Shown here one piece after another: positions 42,481-56,746 of a stretch of DNA of 64,000 nucleotides. The position numbers and the translations under genes are program-made. Position 1 is the first letter of the stretch, and every line of letters starts with the position of its first letter. This DNA is from Octopus vulgaris (Eukaryota), in NCBI GenBank assembly GCA_951406725.2, contig OX597830.1, positions 65,162,001-65,226,000 on the forward strand, written 5' to 3'. A model generated the notes under the pieces. The model was given only the letters and a program-made list of their open reading frames with translations. It did no database searches and was not told the DNA's origin.

Positions 42481-42523
42481 ATGTATACAGATGACATACA
42501 CACGCACATACATACAGACATGC

Positions 42524-42554
<31 letters not shown>

Positions 42555-42590
42555 CGTACATACATACATACATATATACATACATATATA

Positions 42591-43005
42591 GGGGCCCTGG
42601 GATATGTAACACACTGCTAAATACCTATCTTGAGAAATTAGGCTTCTCAAAACCAGAAAGGAGAAACCTAATTCGAAGACTACCGATCCAATCCATCACT
42701 GGAACTGTAAAAATCCGTAAAACTTTCCAGAAGTTTATCATTTAAATATATATGAGCATGTCTAGATATGCAACAATATGCTTGAGAATACATACCTAAA
42801 GTAAAACTTACAAATCTGCACATACACATACATACACATATAGATAGATAGATAGATAGATACATACATACATACATACATACATACATACATACATACG
42901 TACATACGTACATACATGCATACATACGTACATACGTACATACATACATACATATATACATACATACATACGTACATACATACATACATACATACATACA
43001 TACAT

Positions 43006-43038
<33 letters not shown>

Positions 43039-43158
43039 TACATACATATGTACATACAAATAAAAATATCCTTTTGTTGATGTTGAAATTCCAAAGAAAG
43101 AACCTTGAATCTAAGTTAGAAACCGATTGTTTCTCTATTGGCAAGAAATCTTGAAATA
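42591..43158 (+). mobile_element. 5'-truncated R4/Dong-like element 3' end embedded in (CATA)n
   Basis: GALGYVTHC/LNTYLEKLGFSKPERRNLIRRLPIQSITGTVKIRKTFQKFII* then a 3'UTR containing a CATA array. Confidence 0.75.
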
Positions 43159-43249
43159 CAGACATACATAAAACGTTAACACGTAAATTTGTATACTAAA
43201 GTGACATGTATATACTCATTACAAGAATGCAAGTATATCCAGATATACA

Positions 43250-43470
43250 CTTTTATCTTCTACTAGTTTCAGCCACTAGACTGCGGCCATCCTGGAGCAC
43301 CGCTTTCAAGAAATTTTAGTTGAATGCATTGGCACTGCTATTTATTTTTTTATATCTGGTACTTATACTATAAACCTCCTTTTGTCGAAGTGCTAAGTTA
43401 CGGGGACGCAAACATACCAGCACCGGTTTTCAAGGTGGGGGTTGGAAACAAACACAAACACATACACACA
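43250..43470 (-). mobile_element. Diverged SINE family B 3' half
   Basis: gactgcggccatcctggagcaccgc...gctaagttacggggacg. Confidence 0.7.
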
Positions 43471-43489
43471 CACACACATCTTTTATCTT

Positions 43490-44225
43490 TTGTTTGTTTA
43501 CTTGTTTCAGTCATTTGACTGCGGCCAGGCTAGGGCACTGCCTTAAAGGATTTAGTCGAACAAATCGTCTCCAGAATTATTTTCTAAATGCTAGTACTTA
43601 TTCTATCGTTCTCATTTTACGTCCCTGCTAGGATACGGGAACGTAAAAGCACCAACACCGTTGTCAAGCGGTTGTTGGGGACAAACGCAGACACGAAGAC
43701 ATATACACAAAGATACACACACACACACACACTATATGTATATATATATCCCCACCGTGGTCACCGTGACCGACCTCATGTTACTACATATCAGATGTTA
43801 TTACACATCGATGGTCACAATGTTTCGCATTGGTTTAGCCTTCAAATGACGCCACCCCGCTGGCTAAGCGCGCAGGCTAACAGAAGAAAGAGTGAGAGAA
43901 AGTTGTGGCGAAAGAGTACAGCAGGGATCACCACCACCCCATGCCGGAGCCTCAATAAGATAAGAAAATAAAGAAATAATTAATAAATTATTATTTATTA
44001 ATTAAAGAAATTGACAACATCTCTTACAGCTGTTTCAATTCTAGACGTTCAGAAAATTAACGTATTTTAAGATATACAAAATATGTGTTCAATTCCTGCA
44101 TGTTGAGTATGTGGCTGCAAACCTTACAGTTGTATATTAAGTACATTCTTTGTATGGGTAACTAACCTGTACTTTCATCATAGGATTTTACTATCCCTTA
44201 ATGATGTTTGTAACCCTTATTTGAA

Positions 44226-44276
<51 letters not shown>

Positions 44277-44278
44277 AT

Positions 44279-44355
<77 letters not shown>

Positions 44356-44533
44356 ATATAAACATATATATATATACGACGGTCTTCTTTCAGTTTCCGT
44401 CTGTCAAATCCACTCACAAGGCTTTGGTCGGCCCGAGGCTATAGTTGAAGACACTCATCCAAGGTGCCACGCAGTGGAACTGAACCCAGAAACATGTGGT
44501 TGGGAAGCAAGCTTCTTACCACACAGCCACGCC
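43490..44533 (-). mobile_element. SINE family B split at its internal microsatellite by nested insertions
   Basis: 3' half 43490-43745, 5' half 44375-44533, with SINE-A variant and AT-rich fragment between. Confidence 0.7.
43752..43953 (-). mobile_element. SINE family-A variant with alternative 3' tail
   Basis: Shares gaggctccggca...ggtgatccctgctgtactctttc...aactttctctcactct with family A, then a different tail. Confidence 0.8.
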
Positions 44534-44799
44534 CGCTGCACATTAACTCATTCACAAGTTGGCACATACATGGGAATCCCTTAACGTAAAGATGCTTAGT
44601 TCCTTTGTTACTGAAAATCATGAGTTCGACGAAGAACTCCGATAAGCCTCAATAACCTGTGTTGGTTTGTTTATGCTTTGGCACTTAGCGGTTTGCCAAA
44701 GACGGGGTCGTTAGAATAAAACCCATTTATTCGATTAAAACCGTTATCGCTATGAGAAAATAAAGATGAATTTGCGCATTTGTATGCAATCACAGAGCC

Positions 44800-45381
44800 A
44801 TACATACACGCATACATACATACTTGAATGCATACATAACAGTTACATACATGCATAAAGGCATAACTGCATACATACATACATACATGCATACATGCAT
44901 ACATGTATACATACATACATACATACATACATACATACATACATAATACGTACATGCATACATGCATACATACATACATACATACATAATACGTACATGC
45001 ATACATGCATACATACATACATACATACATACATACATTCATACATGCATACACGCATACATACATAACAGTTACATACATGCATAAAGGCATAACTGCA
45101 TACATACATACATACATACACACATACATACATGCATACATACATACATACACACACACATACATACATACATACACACATACATACATACATACATACA
45201 TACATACATACATACATACACACATACATACATGCATACATACATACATACACACACACATACATACATACATACATACACACATACATACATGCATACA
45301 TACATACATACACACACACATACATACATACATACACACATACATACATACATACATACATACATACATACATACATACAC

Positions 45382-45412
<31 letters not shown>

Positions 45413-45417
45413 ATATG

Positions 45418-45451
<34 letters not shown>

Positions 45452-47410
45452 CATACATACATACATACACACATACATACATACATACATGCATACATGC
45501 ATACATACATACATACATACATACATACATACACACACATACATACATACATACATATAAATATGTACATACATACATACATACATACATATATACATAC
45601 ATACATACATACACACATACATGCATACATACATACATACATGTACATACATACATACATACATATAAAAGACAAAACTGCGTGCATACATACATGACAG
45701 TCAAAGTCATTATGTGCAAGTTGTATATATGCATGCATGTAAACATTCATAGCAGTTAAATGCATGCATACATGTATATTTCATAGATACAAGTATACAT
45801 ACATACATACATACACAGATACATACACACGTACATACATACATACATACATACATACATACATACATAAATACATACATACATACATGATACATACACA
45901 TACACAGATACATACATACATACATACATACATACATACATACATACATACATACATACATGCATACATACATACATACATACATGCATACATACATACA
46001 TACATACATACAAACATACATACATACATACATACATGCATAATACATACATACATACATACATGCATAATACATACAAACATAAATACATACATACATA
46101 CATACATACATACATACACACATACATACATACATACATACATACATACATACATACATACATACATACATACATACATACATACATACATACATACATA
46201 CATACATACATACATACATACATACATACATACATACATACATACATACATACATACATACATACATACAAACATACATACATACATACATACATGCATA
46301 ATACATACATACATAAATACATACATACACACATACATACATACATACATACATACATACATACATACATGCATACATACATACATACATACATACATAC
46401 ATACATACATACATACATACATACATACATACATACATACATACATACATACATACATACATACATACATAATACATACATACATACATGCATACATACA
46501 TACATACATACATACATACATACATACATAAATACATACATACACACATACATACACACATACATACATACATACATACATACATACATACATACATACA
46601 TACATACATACATACATACATACATACATACATACATACATACATACATACATACATACATACATACATACATACATACATACATACATACATACATACA
46701 TACATACATACATACATACATACATACATACATAAATACATACATACACACATACATACATACATACACACATACATACATACATACATACATACATACA
46801 CACATACATACATACATACATACATACAAACATACATACATACATGCATAATACATACATACATACATACATACATACATACATACATACATACATACAT
46901 ACATACATACAAACATACATACATACATACATACATACATACATACATAAATACATACATACATACATACATACACACATACATACATACATACATACAT
47001 ACATACATACATACATACATACATACATACATACATACATACATACATACATACAAACATACATACATACATACATAATACATACATACATACATACATA
47101 CATACATACATACATACATACATACATACATACATACATACATACATACATACATACATACATAATACATACATACATACATACATACATACATACATAC
47201 ATACATACAAACATAAATACATACATACACACATACATACATACATACACACATACATACATACATACATACATACATACATACATACATACATACATAC
47301 ATACATACATACATACATACATACATACATACATACATACATACATACATACATACATACACACATACATACACACATATATACATACATACATACATAT
47401 ATACATACAT

Positions 47411-47441
<31 letters not shown>

Positions 47442-47545
47442 TACATACATACATACATACATACATACATACATACATACATACAAACATACATACATAC
47501 ATACATACATACAAACATACATACATACATACATACATACATACA

Positions 47546-47579
<34 letters not shown>

Positions 47580-47582
47580 CAT

Positions 47583-47615
<33 letters not shown>

Positions 47616-47680
47616 TACATACATACATACATACATACATACATACATACATACATACATACATACAAACATACATACAT

Positions 47681-47711
<31 letters not shown>

Positions 47712-47771
47712 TACATACATACATACATACATACATACATACATACATACATACATACATACACACACACA
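44800..47771. repeat. ~3-kb (CATA)n microsatellite array
   Basis: Direct reading; block catacataacagttacatacatgcataaaggcataactg duplicated at ~44831 and ~45060. Confidence 0.97.
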
Positions 47772-48138
47772 CGACAATTGGCAGGATAAGCAAATTAGAT
47801 ATCGCCCTCCTTCCTCTCCTTTGCCCTTATGTCATGTATTTACTGACGACGTCCTATTAACATCATGAGATGCAATCTGGCCGCACATGGTGTATATAAA
47901 GCCAGTCAGAGACTGTAAAGGAGGGGGATGAAACGGAAGGTGAATAAGTTTCGATCGATAGTGAATGGTTAATCGATACACGATATATATAATGCATGAT
48001 GCATGCCCTAACAATATAACTTCCATTTGAAAAGGAATCTTTTTGCTCTTCTTTTATTTTTATCTAAATGAATTATCTCCGCTCCGTGATTGCATGTCGA
48101 TGCTTGGGAGTCTGACGAACTGTGATCTTTCTGTTTGG

Positions 48139-48383
<245 letters not shown>

Positions 48384-48594
48384 ATACTGTAAACGTGTGT
48401 GCGTGTGCATGTTTTTTTGTGCGTGTGTGTCTTCGCGTGGCGTTTGCATTTCTGTGTGCGTGTGTTTGTGAGAGAGAGAGAGAGAGAGTGTGTGTGTGTG
48501 GGAGATAGATAGAGAGGTAGTGTGTGAGAGGGTGAGGGAGAGAGAAGGAGGGAGGAAGTGTGTAATTGTGTACAGCAGTGTTTGAGGGAAATGG

Positions 48595-49190
48595 CAGTAG
48601 TAGTAGAAGTAGTAGTGGTGGTGATGGTGGTTGTGGCAGTAGTAGTAGTAGTAGAAGTAGTAGTAGTAGTAAGAGGAGGAGAAGGAGGAGGCGGAATAGT
48701 TGTAGTAGTAGCAGTAGCATTAGTACTAGCAGCAGCAGTAGTAGTGGTAATAGTAGTAGTAGTAGTAGGAGGAGGAGGAGAAGGAGGAGGAGGAATAGTT
48801 GTAGTAGTAGTAGCATTAGTAGTAGCAGCAGTAGTAGTAGTGGTAATAGTAGTAGTAGTAGTAGTAAGAGGAGGAGAAGGAGGAATAGTTGTAGTAGTAG
48901 CAGTAGCATTAGTACTAGCAGCAGCAGTAGTAGTGGTAATAGTAGTAGTAGTAGTAGGAGGAGGATGATGAGGAGGAGTGGAGGAGGCGTTGTAGTAGTA
49001 GTAATAGTAGTAGCAGCAGCAGCAGTAGTGGTAATAGTAGTTGTAGTAGTAGTAGGAGGAGGAATTGTAGTGGTGGTAGTAGTAGTAATAGTAGTAGTAG
49101 TTGGAGAGGCGGTGTAGTAGTAGTAGTTGTTGTAGCAGTAGTAGTAGTAGTAGTAGTAGTAGTAGTTGTAGTAGTAGTAGTAGTAGACGG
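48595..49190. repeat. (GTA)n/(GGA)n array with ~95-105-bp higher-order unit
   Basis: ggaggagaaggagg...aatagttgtagtagtag...gcattagta recurs three times. Confidence 0.9.
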
Positions 49191-49717
49191 TACTAGCAAT
49201 GGCGCCTATGGTAGTGGTAGTGTTTCCTTGTTGTTGTGGGTGGTGGTGGCGATGGTATTAGCGGCAGCAGTAGTGGTGGTAGTAGGGATGGTGTTGATGG
49301 TTGTGGTGGTAGTGTTTTGTTGTTCTTGTGATAGAGAGGGTAGTAGTTGTGATGGTGGTGGTGGTTGTGGTTTTGCTGCTGCTGCTGCTGCAGTTTGCGC
49401 TGCTGTTGATGGTAAAGGTGGTGGGCGGCGGAGGTAGTGGTGGCGGTGGTGGTAATGATGGTGATGGCGACGGCGGCGTTGGTGGTGGTTGTGGGATGGT
49501 GGCGGTGATGGTGGCGGTGATATTGCTGGTATTTCGGGTGTATCATCTCAAATCTTCCTTTATCCGTCCTGTAGCTCGTAGATACCCCTATTATACCCGC
49601 CCGAAGGACCAAATGCCACCCTGTTCCGTTTCCTTATGTCTCTACCCAACCCGATATTGCAGTGACAAAGCATAAAGAGGCAAGTGTGACGCTGCGCACA
49701 TATTCGTTTCACAATTT

Positions 49718-49900
49718 GGCACAAGGCCAGCAATTTCGGGAGTCAATCACATCGACCCCAGTACTCAACTGGTACTTCTTTTATTGACTCCGAAAGGATG
49801 AAAGGCAAAGTCGATGTCGACGGAATTTGGACTCAGAATGTAAATACGGACGAAACGCCGCCAAGTATTTTGTCCGGCGTGTCCACGACTCTGCCAGCTC
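49718..49900 (-). mobile_element. Diverged SINE family C
   Basis: atcgaccccagtactcaactggtac...gaaaggatgaaaggcaaagtcg...ctgccagctc. Confidence 0.75.
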
Positions 49901-49919
49901 ACTGCTACTGCGTATATTG

Positions 49920-50390
49920 TTCTCTCTCTCTCTTCGTCTCTTTCTTTCTCTCTCTCTTTCCCTCTCCCTCTCTCGCTCTCTCTTCGTCTCTTTCTTTCTC
50001 TCTCTCTTTCCCTTTCCCTCTCTCTCTCTCTCTTCGTCTTTCTCTTTCTCTCTCTCCTTCCCTCTCTCTCCCTCTCTCTCTCTTCGTCTCTCTCTTTCTC
50101 TCTCTCCCTCTCTCTCTTCGTCTCTCTCTTTCTCTCTCTCTTTCCCTCTCTCTCCCTCTCTCTCTCTCCCTCTCTCTCTTCGTCTCTCTCTTTCTCTCTC
50201 TCTTTCCCTCTCTCTCCCTCTCTCTCTCTCTCCCTCTGTCTATCTAAATATCTATCCCGCTCTCTCTTTCTCTCTCTCTCTCTTCGTCTCTCTCTTTCTC
50301 TCTCTCTCCCTCACTCTCTCTCTCCCTCTGTCTATCTATCTATCCCGCTCTCTCTTTCTTTCCCTCTCTTTCTCTCTCCCTCCACTTTTT
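49920..50390. repeat. (CT)-rich polypyrimidine array
   Basis: Direct reading, recurrent tcttcgtctc marker. Confidence 0.95.
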
Positions 50391-50707
50391 CACTTCTCAC
50401 TTTGTTTCCCTACAGTCGTTGTTGTTGTTGTTTTTGTTCAATTGCAGTTAAATTCTGATCAAACTGAACTGTAATCGAAAGGATTCCTTCTTTGTCTCTT
50501 TCGTGTGTGTATAGGTGTGTAAGTGTGTTTGTTTGTGTGTGTGTATGTGTGTTGGGTTATTAGTATGTGTCTGCGAGTAAGCGGGCAAGTGTGACATACC
50601 TTTGCTATTGAGTACTACAGTATATTGCTTTTTACGTTTCCTTGTGTTGACAGTAAGAAAGGACATTGAATGAAGCAGATACATTGTTTTAAGAATCCTA
50701 ATCCAGT

Positions 50708-51135
50708 AAGGCGGCGAGTTGGCAGAAGCGTTAGCACGCCCGGCGAAAGGTTTAACAGTATTTCGATCGTCTACACGTTCTGAGCTCAAATTCCGCCGAG
50801 GTCGACTTTGCCTTTCATCCTTTCGGGGTCGATAAATAAGTACCAGTTACCCACTGGAGGCGTTCTAATCGACGTAGTCCCTTTGTCTATCCTTGTTTGT
50901 CCCTTCTATGTTTAGACCCTTGTGGGCAATAAAGAAATAAGAAACGCTAGCACGCCCGGCGAAAGGCTTAACAGTATTTCGATCGTCTTCATGTTCTGAG
51001 CTCAAATTCCGCCGAGGTCGACTTTGCCTTTCATCCTTTCGGGGTCGATAAATTAAGTACCACTTGCGTTCGAAGTCGAGCTAATCCATTGGCCCCTTCC
51101 CCAAAAATTTCGGCTCTTGTGCCTACTGTAGAGAA
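50708..51135 (+). mobile_element. SINE family C dimer
   Basis: Two bodies joined at aataaagaaata|agaaacgctagcacgcccgg. Confidence 0.88.
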
Positions 51136-51149
51136 AAAAAGTGATCCAG

Positions 51150-52190
51150 TGAGTGATCCCTTCCTTAGAGCTCTTGGTTCCTCATTGCCTTTTTATCTTA
51201 CGTTTCTTAGATTTGCATATTACATCTTCATATATCTGCTAGAAAGAAGCATCAGATTGTTTCCTGGTCCTGACAGCTCATAGTTTTGATATTTACTTAT
51301 TACATTTTACGTGTGTGCTAAAAGGAAGTCTGTGATAGTCTTCTGGCCTTGAGTTCTCAAACATTTGATATTTATTTATAAAACTTTACTAATCTGATGA
51401 AAGAAAAAGGACAACATCATGCTATAGGTGAAAGGAGCATATTTTTTTTCAATCTATAGACTTGTTTTCTTTCTACGATTCTTGCTGACTGATTATCGAA
51501 AAGTGTCTAAGAGCTATTGCTTGGCGTTGCAATGTCTTTAAATTATTTAGCGTTATTATTGTGACATACAATGTTGTATGACTGTTTTTGCTGTTGTTGT
51601 TATTAATTAATCTATAGATTCTATTACTGTTAATTTTGTGGTTTATATTCGACAGAGAACTTTGCCAGTTTTCGATGTCTTTCATGATTCATTAGTTTTT
51701 GGTTGTATTTTGCTTCGTTTTCTTTTTTTAGTTGTTTGATGTTGAATTTTATTTCTGTTGCGTGTGGTTTTGTTGTATTGTGTCTGAAATTGGTTATATC
51801 TGGTGTATAATTAGGGTTATACTTTTTTTTTTATGTTGCCTTGTGGGAATTGCATTCAAGATACGTCTATAATTATTTCGTTGAATAACTTGCAGTATCT
51901 GAGTTGCTGATCGAATTCTGAAAAAGGAGAAAAAAAAAACAGTTCATTTTATTTCATGGCAGAAAATTTTCGATTGTATTTTCTTTGAGATTCTAAACGT
52001 GGTTTCGCTTTCTTCATTGATGTTCTCATGAGTGTTTTGTGATGATAATTAGAAGGTTGCCCGAAGTGAGTCGCAGAAGTGTTTATCCAGCAGTTATAGA
52101 TATTGAAGATAAGTATTTGCAGCAGAAACTGATGTCTGACGAAGAGTTGTGTTTGATACCATAGTAAAGTATACAAGTGCGAGTGTGAAA
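51150..52190 (-). pseudogene. Possible heavily decayed Penelope-like RT-coding segment
   Basis: A-rich minus strand with weak HDVV (xDVxSLF-like) and AMG-like remnants; no intact ORF. Confidence 0.25.
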
Positions 52191-52233
52191 GAGGTTTGCT
52201 TACGATGATATTGTTTTTGATATTAAGTTAGAG

Positions 52234-52820
52234 TAAGGCGGGAAGCTGGCAGAGACGTTAGCACTCCGGGTGAAATGCTTAGCGGTATTTCGTCTGCCGT
52301 TACGTTGTGAGTTCAAATTCCGCCGGGGTCGACTTTGCCTTTCATCCTTTCGGGGTCGATAAACTAAGTACCAGTTACACACTGGGGTCGATGTAATCGA
52401 CTTAATACCTATGTCTGTCCTTGTTTGTCCCCTCTATGTTTAGCCCCTTGTGGGTAATAAAGAAATAGGTATTTCGTCTGCCGTTACGTTCTGAGTTCAA
52501 ATTCCACCGAGGTCGACTTTGCCTTTCATCCTTTCGGTGGCGATAAATTAAGTACCAGTTACGCACTTGGACCTATGTAATCGACTTAATCCGTGTTGTT
52601 TCTGTCCTTGTTTGTCCTCTCTGTGTTTAGCTCCTTGTGGGTAGTAAAGAAATAGGTATTTCGTCTGTATTTACGTTCTGAGTTCAAATTCCGCCGAGGT
52701 CGACTTTGCCTGTCATCTTTCGGAGTCGATAAATTCAATACCAGTTGCATACTAGGGTTGATCTAATCGACTGCCCCACCTCCCCAACAATTTCAGGCCT
52801 TATGCCTAGAGTAGAAAAGA
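52234..52820 (+). mobile_element. SINE family C trimer
   Basis: Units start ggtatttcgtctg at 52284, 52468 and 52655; last unit ends with the alternative tail. Confidence 0.9.
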
Positions 52821-52861
52821 CTATATGATAACCAGAATGTTCCGAAAGATGAGTTTGTGTA

Positions 52862-53050
52862 AGGTGACGAAGTGGCACAACGCTCTGCGGCATTTCGCCC
52901 GTCTTTACTTTCTGGGGTCAAATTCTCCGAGGTCGACTTCGTGTCTTTCATCCTTTTCGGGGTCGGTAAAATAAGTACCAGTTAGACACTGGTGTCTATG
53001 TAATCGATTTGCTCACCTTCCCTGCAGTTACTGGCCTTGTGTCAAAATAT
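52862..53050 (+). mobile_element. Diverged SINE family C monomer
   Basis: aggtgacgaagtggcac...tcatccttttcggggtcggtaaaataagtaccag. Confidence 0.75.
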
Positions 53051-53294
53051 GGAGCCAATATTATGTGTTTGTGTAGGATACCAGCTAAGTATGCATCTTC
53101 GTATGGTGTCCAGGGGGAAGATTACATTGAAATAATTTCTCGCATCTACAAATAAAACAAAAAACTACGTTAATGATTCGAGTATCAATTATTTCTAACG
53201 TGCTACACTTATGTACAGCTAACTGAAAAAGAAAGCGACGTTTGACAGTTAACTGTGTGTGACTACTGATCGTGTCTGGAAATTTTGCCTTATA

Positions 53295-53590
53295 TGAAAA
53301 TCAGGCCGAAAATGTCGCTAGAAGCTAGGATCACCAAGCATAGATTGGCATATTTCGTTCATGTTATGCGGAGAAAATCCCTGGAGAAGGACATCATGCT
53401 CGGAATGGTCAGTGGCAAGAGAGGAAGAGGCCGACCAAGAACCCGCTGGCTTGACACCATCAAGAGGGATACCGGAATGGACATAGCCAATCTGAAAGAA
53501 GCGGCCCAAGATAGAACTGACTGGAGGACACTGATCCAACGAGTAACCGAGAGTCGACTTCGACTGAGCGGATAGATAGATATAGATAGA
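53295..53590 (+). mobile_element. RTE (BovB-like) LINE, 5'-truncated 3' end
   Basis: RLAYFVHVMRRKSLEKDIMLGMVSGKRGRGRPRTRWLDTIK...AQDRTDWR...VTESRLRL; hairpin agtcgacttcgact and GATA-repeat tail. Confidence 0.9.
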
Positions 53591-54659
53591 TGAAAATTCG
53601 CCATAAGATAAAATCACCGCACAGAAAATAATATAGTGTATTATAGCACAATTTTTGAAATAAAGAAAGGAGAACGATAAAAGGTTTTAAAAGAGCATTA
53701 AATAGGTAAGTCCTTATTCAACATCAAAGTGTTTTTTAAAAATGATGAGGACATTTAAAACGAACATTCTTACGTGGATTTTTGTATGGTAAAACGTTTG
53801 CGACGAAATTTCGTATAGCCGCGACTGGTAAAGTTTGGTGTTCATGACAGGGTGTAAACCATTGGCTTTTTTCATTGCTTATCGAATTTTCCAGAGATAG
53901 GTAACTACAGAGAAAAAAATACAGAATGTCCACATGTACAAGAAAATGTGAATTAATGAAGTTGAGAAAATGTTTCGCGTTTGAAGTAGATCTGTGTAGA
54001 TTTGTAAACGCATAAATGCAGACACGGAAATACACACATACACACACAAACGAAGGCGCGCGCACACACACACACATACAAGGAATGTTGCACAAGGCGC
54101 TGCATTCCAAGTCAAGGTACGTACGTATGTATGTATGTATGTATGTATGTATGTATGTATGTATGTATGTATGTATGTATGATTGTTTTATCTTCACAGA
54201 TGATAACCGTTCTGTTTCTTGAATGTCGTTGGTATACTCTAGCTTGTGATATACACCCATAAATAATTGTCCTCTGATATAATGGAAGGGGTTTCTACCA
54301 CAACTTTCCGTTTTTCTAGGTTGTCGCAATCAGTCTTGGTTTTAAAATCGATTATTGTAAACTCAGAGTACCAGCTCATAACTATATATTGTGTACACGC
54401 TCGCACGCACACACACACAAACACAAACACACACACCACACACACACACACACACATATACATATATATATAGTGTGTTTTTGGGAGAGTCATTTTGTCT
54501 TTACGCCTTATTAATTAACACACTAACCGGTTCGATTTCCAGTCGATTTATTTTTTTTTTCTTTCTAGAATTTTCATTGTTTCTTGCAACCTCCTCAATA
54601 GTTGTTGACTCTATTGAGAAGGCTGTAAGAAGCAACGAAAATTCTGGAGGAAAACGAAA

Positions 54660-54703
<44 letters not shown>

Positions 54704-54709
<6 letters not shown>

Positions 54710-54915
54710 ATCCAAACAAGAAAACACAAAAACAGATAAACACAGCAACGCGAGGACGTGGAACAAATATAGTATTATTGGACGCTCAGGAAAGAAGGGA
54801 AGAAGGAGGGTTTGACGTTTCGAGCGGAGCTCTTCGTCGGAAACATAGGAGAAGGAAAGATCCCGAGAAGGGAAGACAGAGGGAAAAAAATCGCCAGCGG
54901 TACTCACGAGGTCAC
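54704..54915 (-). mobile_element. Penelope-like terminal fragment with hammerhead-like motif (54810-54844)
   Basis: Minus: gttt-CCGACGA-a-gagc-tcc-gctc-GAAA-cg-TC-aaac; adjoins (TA)n. Confidence 0.65.
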
Positions 54916-55172
54916 ATATTGAAAAAAAAATGACTGGAAATCAAATCTGTGAGTGTACTACTTAATAAGGTATAAAGACAAAATGACTCTTCCCAGACAC
55001 AACAAACAAATATGCTTCAACACACGAATTCACATGAAAATTCTAGTAAAGCAGATACAAAAACGAAGTGTGTGTGTGTGTGTGTGTGTGAGTGTATGTG
55101 TGTATGTGAGCGCCCGTGAGTGTATATACATACATACATATATACATACAAACATACACACACACACACACT

Positions 55173-55219
<47 letters not shown>

Positions 55220-55888
55220 GGAACAAAAACGCAATAGAGGACAATAAAACATTCAGACAGACAATACAAAGGTGGACAGGAGAAACAACAGGGGGGGGGA
55301 ATGGGCGGGTCATTCGTATCTTCAGTCAATAGACCAGATGTCCTTACTGTTTCGGGCAGTTACAGTCAGGAGGGCGCATGGCTTAGTGTTGCTAGCGATC
55401 GTGATTTCAATTTCGAAACCATGTGGTGCGTTGTGCTCTTGAACAAAACACTCCATCTCACGTTGTGTAGAAATATATGTATACAGTTTTTTTATTTTTT
55501 ATTGCAGGTAAGAAAATGAATTTCAAGGTGAATGGCAAAGAAAACGGTCGGGAGCCGAACAGAATTCGTGAAGAACATCTTTCGCCAGGAAACAGAGGAC
55601 AGGTGTATATGAACCGTAAGTTAACGGAGAGTAACAACCCAGATACCCAAGACAAAACTGATACCGTGTCCAAAAAAACTGTATGTAGACCAGACGTCCG
55701 TCCGCTATAAAATACATCACAATCACAAGTTAAAAGGTTCAAAGAAGAAAAGGAAAAAATTAAAACGTAAGAAGAAGGCGAGGAAAAAATTGAAAGGTAC
55801 GTTATAAAAGGACTTTCTCTTACGGAAATTATATATACACGCACACACACAGACATGTATACATACACACACGCACAAGCACACGTAT

Positions 55889-56018
55889 TCTTTTACTTGT
55901 TTCAGTCATTTGACTGCAGCCATACTGGAGCACCGCATTTAGTCGAAGAAATCGACCCCAGGACTTATTCTTTGTAACCCTAGTACTTATTCTATCAGTC
56001 TCTTTTGCTGAACCGCTG
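55889..56018 (-). mobile_element. SINE family B 3' fragment
   Basis: ttttacttgtttcagtcatttgactgcagcc...ctgaaccgct. Confidence 0.85.
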
Positions 56019-56161
56019 CTTCACGGAATTTTGTCAGTGAACATGTCGCGGTCTCAAAGTGACGAAAATATTTTGGCAAATTAAATTCAAATGTTGAAGT
56101 GAATCTAATGGTTTTTGTGTGTTTCTTAAATTGCTTATAAACACCTTCCACGCTGCAATTG

Positions 56162-56245
<84 letters not shown>

Positions 56246-56746
56246 ATGTATATATATGTGTGTATATACACAAACACGCAAACAGATATATATATATATA
56301 TATATACACACATACGTATATAACTTTATTTATATAACGGTCACAATATATCTATTAAACCGCTACTAATAGTTTCATAGGTTGAGAAAATTCAAACATA
56401 TTCTTCGGGCGCAAACTACATATCATAACGAACTAAGGAGATTGATTAATAGAAAAAAATGCGGAAAAACTGAGAAGGCAGCATATAGAAAACGCAAGCA
56501 GTAAAAAACGGAAAACGAAAAACGGAAAACAGGTAACGAATAAACAGAAATTAAAATGTAAAAATGAAAGGTAAAAAGGTAAAAAAGCTGCAATAATTAG
56601 TAGCGCTCTAATATATGAATTGTGACCTTTAAATAAATAATATTTATCTCTCACCAGATGGCGTACTGTTTTTTGTTGAATTTTCTGTCATGGATCAGCA
56701 TACACACATATATATATTGGAAGGTTTGGAGATGATGTACAGGTAT

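Noticed and set aside
45710-47860. 670-686-aa ORFs (MYVC/HTYI repeats) and similar YI, poly-I, poly-L and CV ORFs throughout
   Set aside because: Translations of CATA, TA, TTA and TG microsatellites that happen to lack stops
55508-55615. Possible second coding exon (attgcag|GTAAGAAAATG...AACC|gtaagt), phase-compatible with the 27957 donor
   Set aside because: Peptide KKMNFKVNGKENGREPNRIREEHLSPGNRGQVYMN has no recognisable extracellular-domain character; splice-like signals may be chance without RNA data
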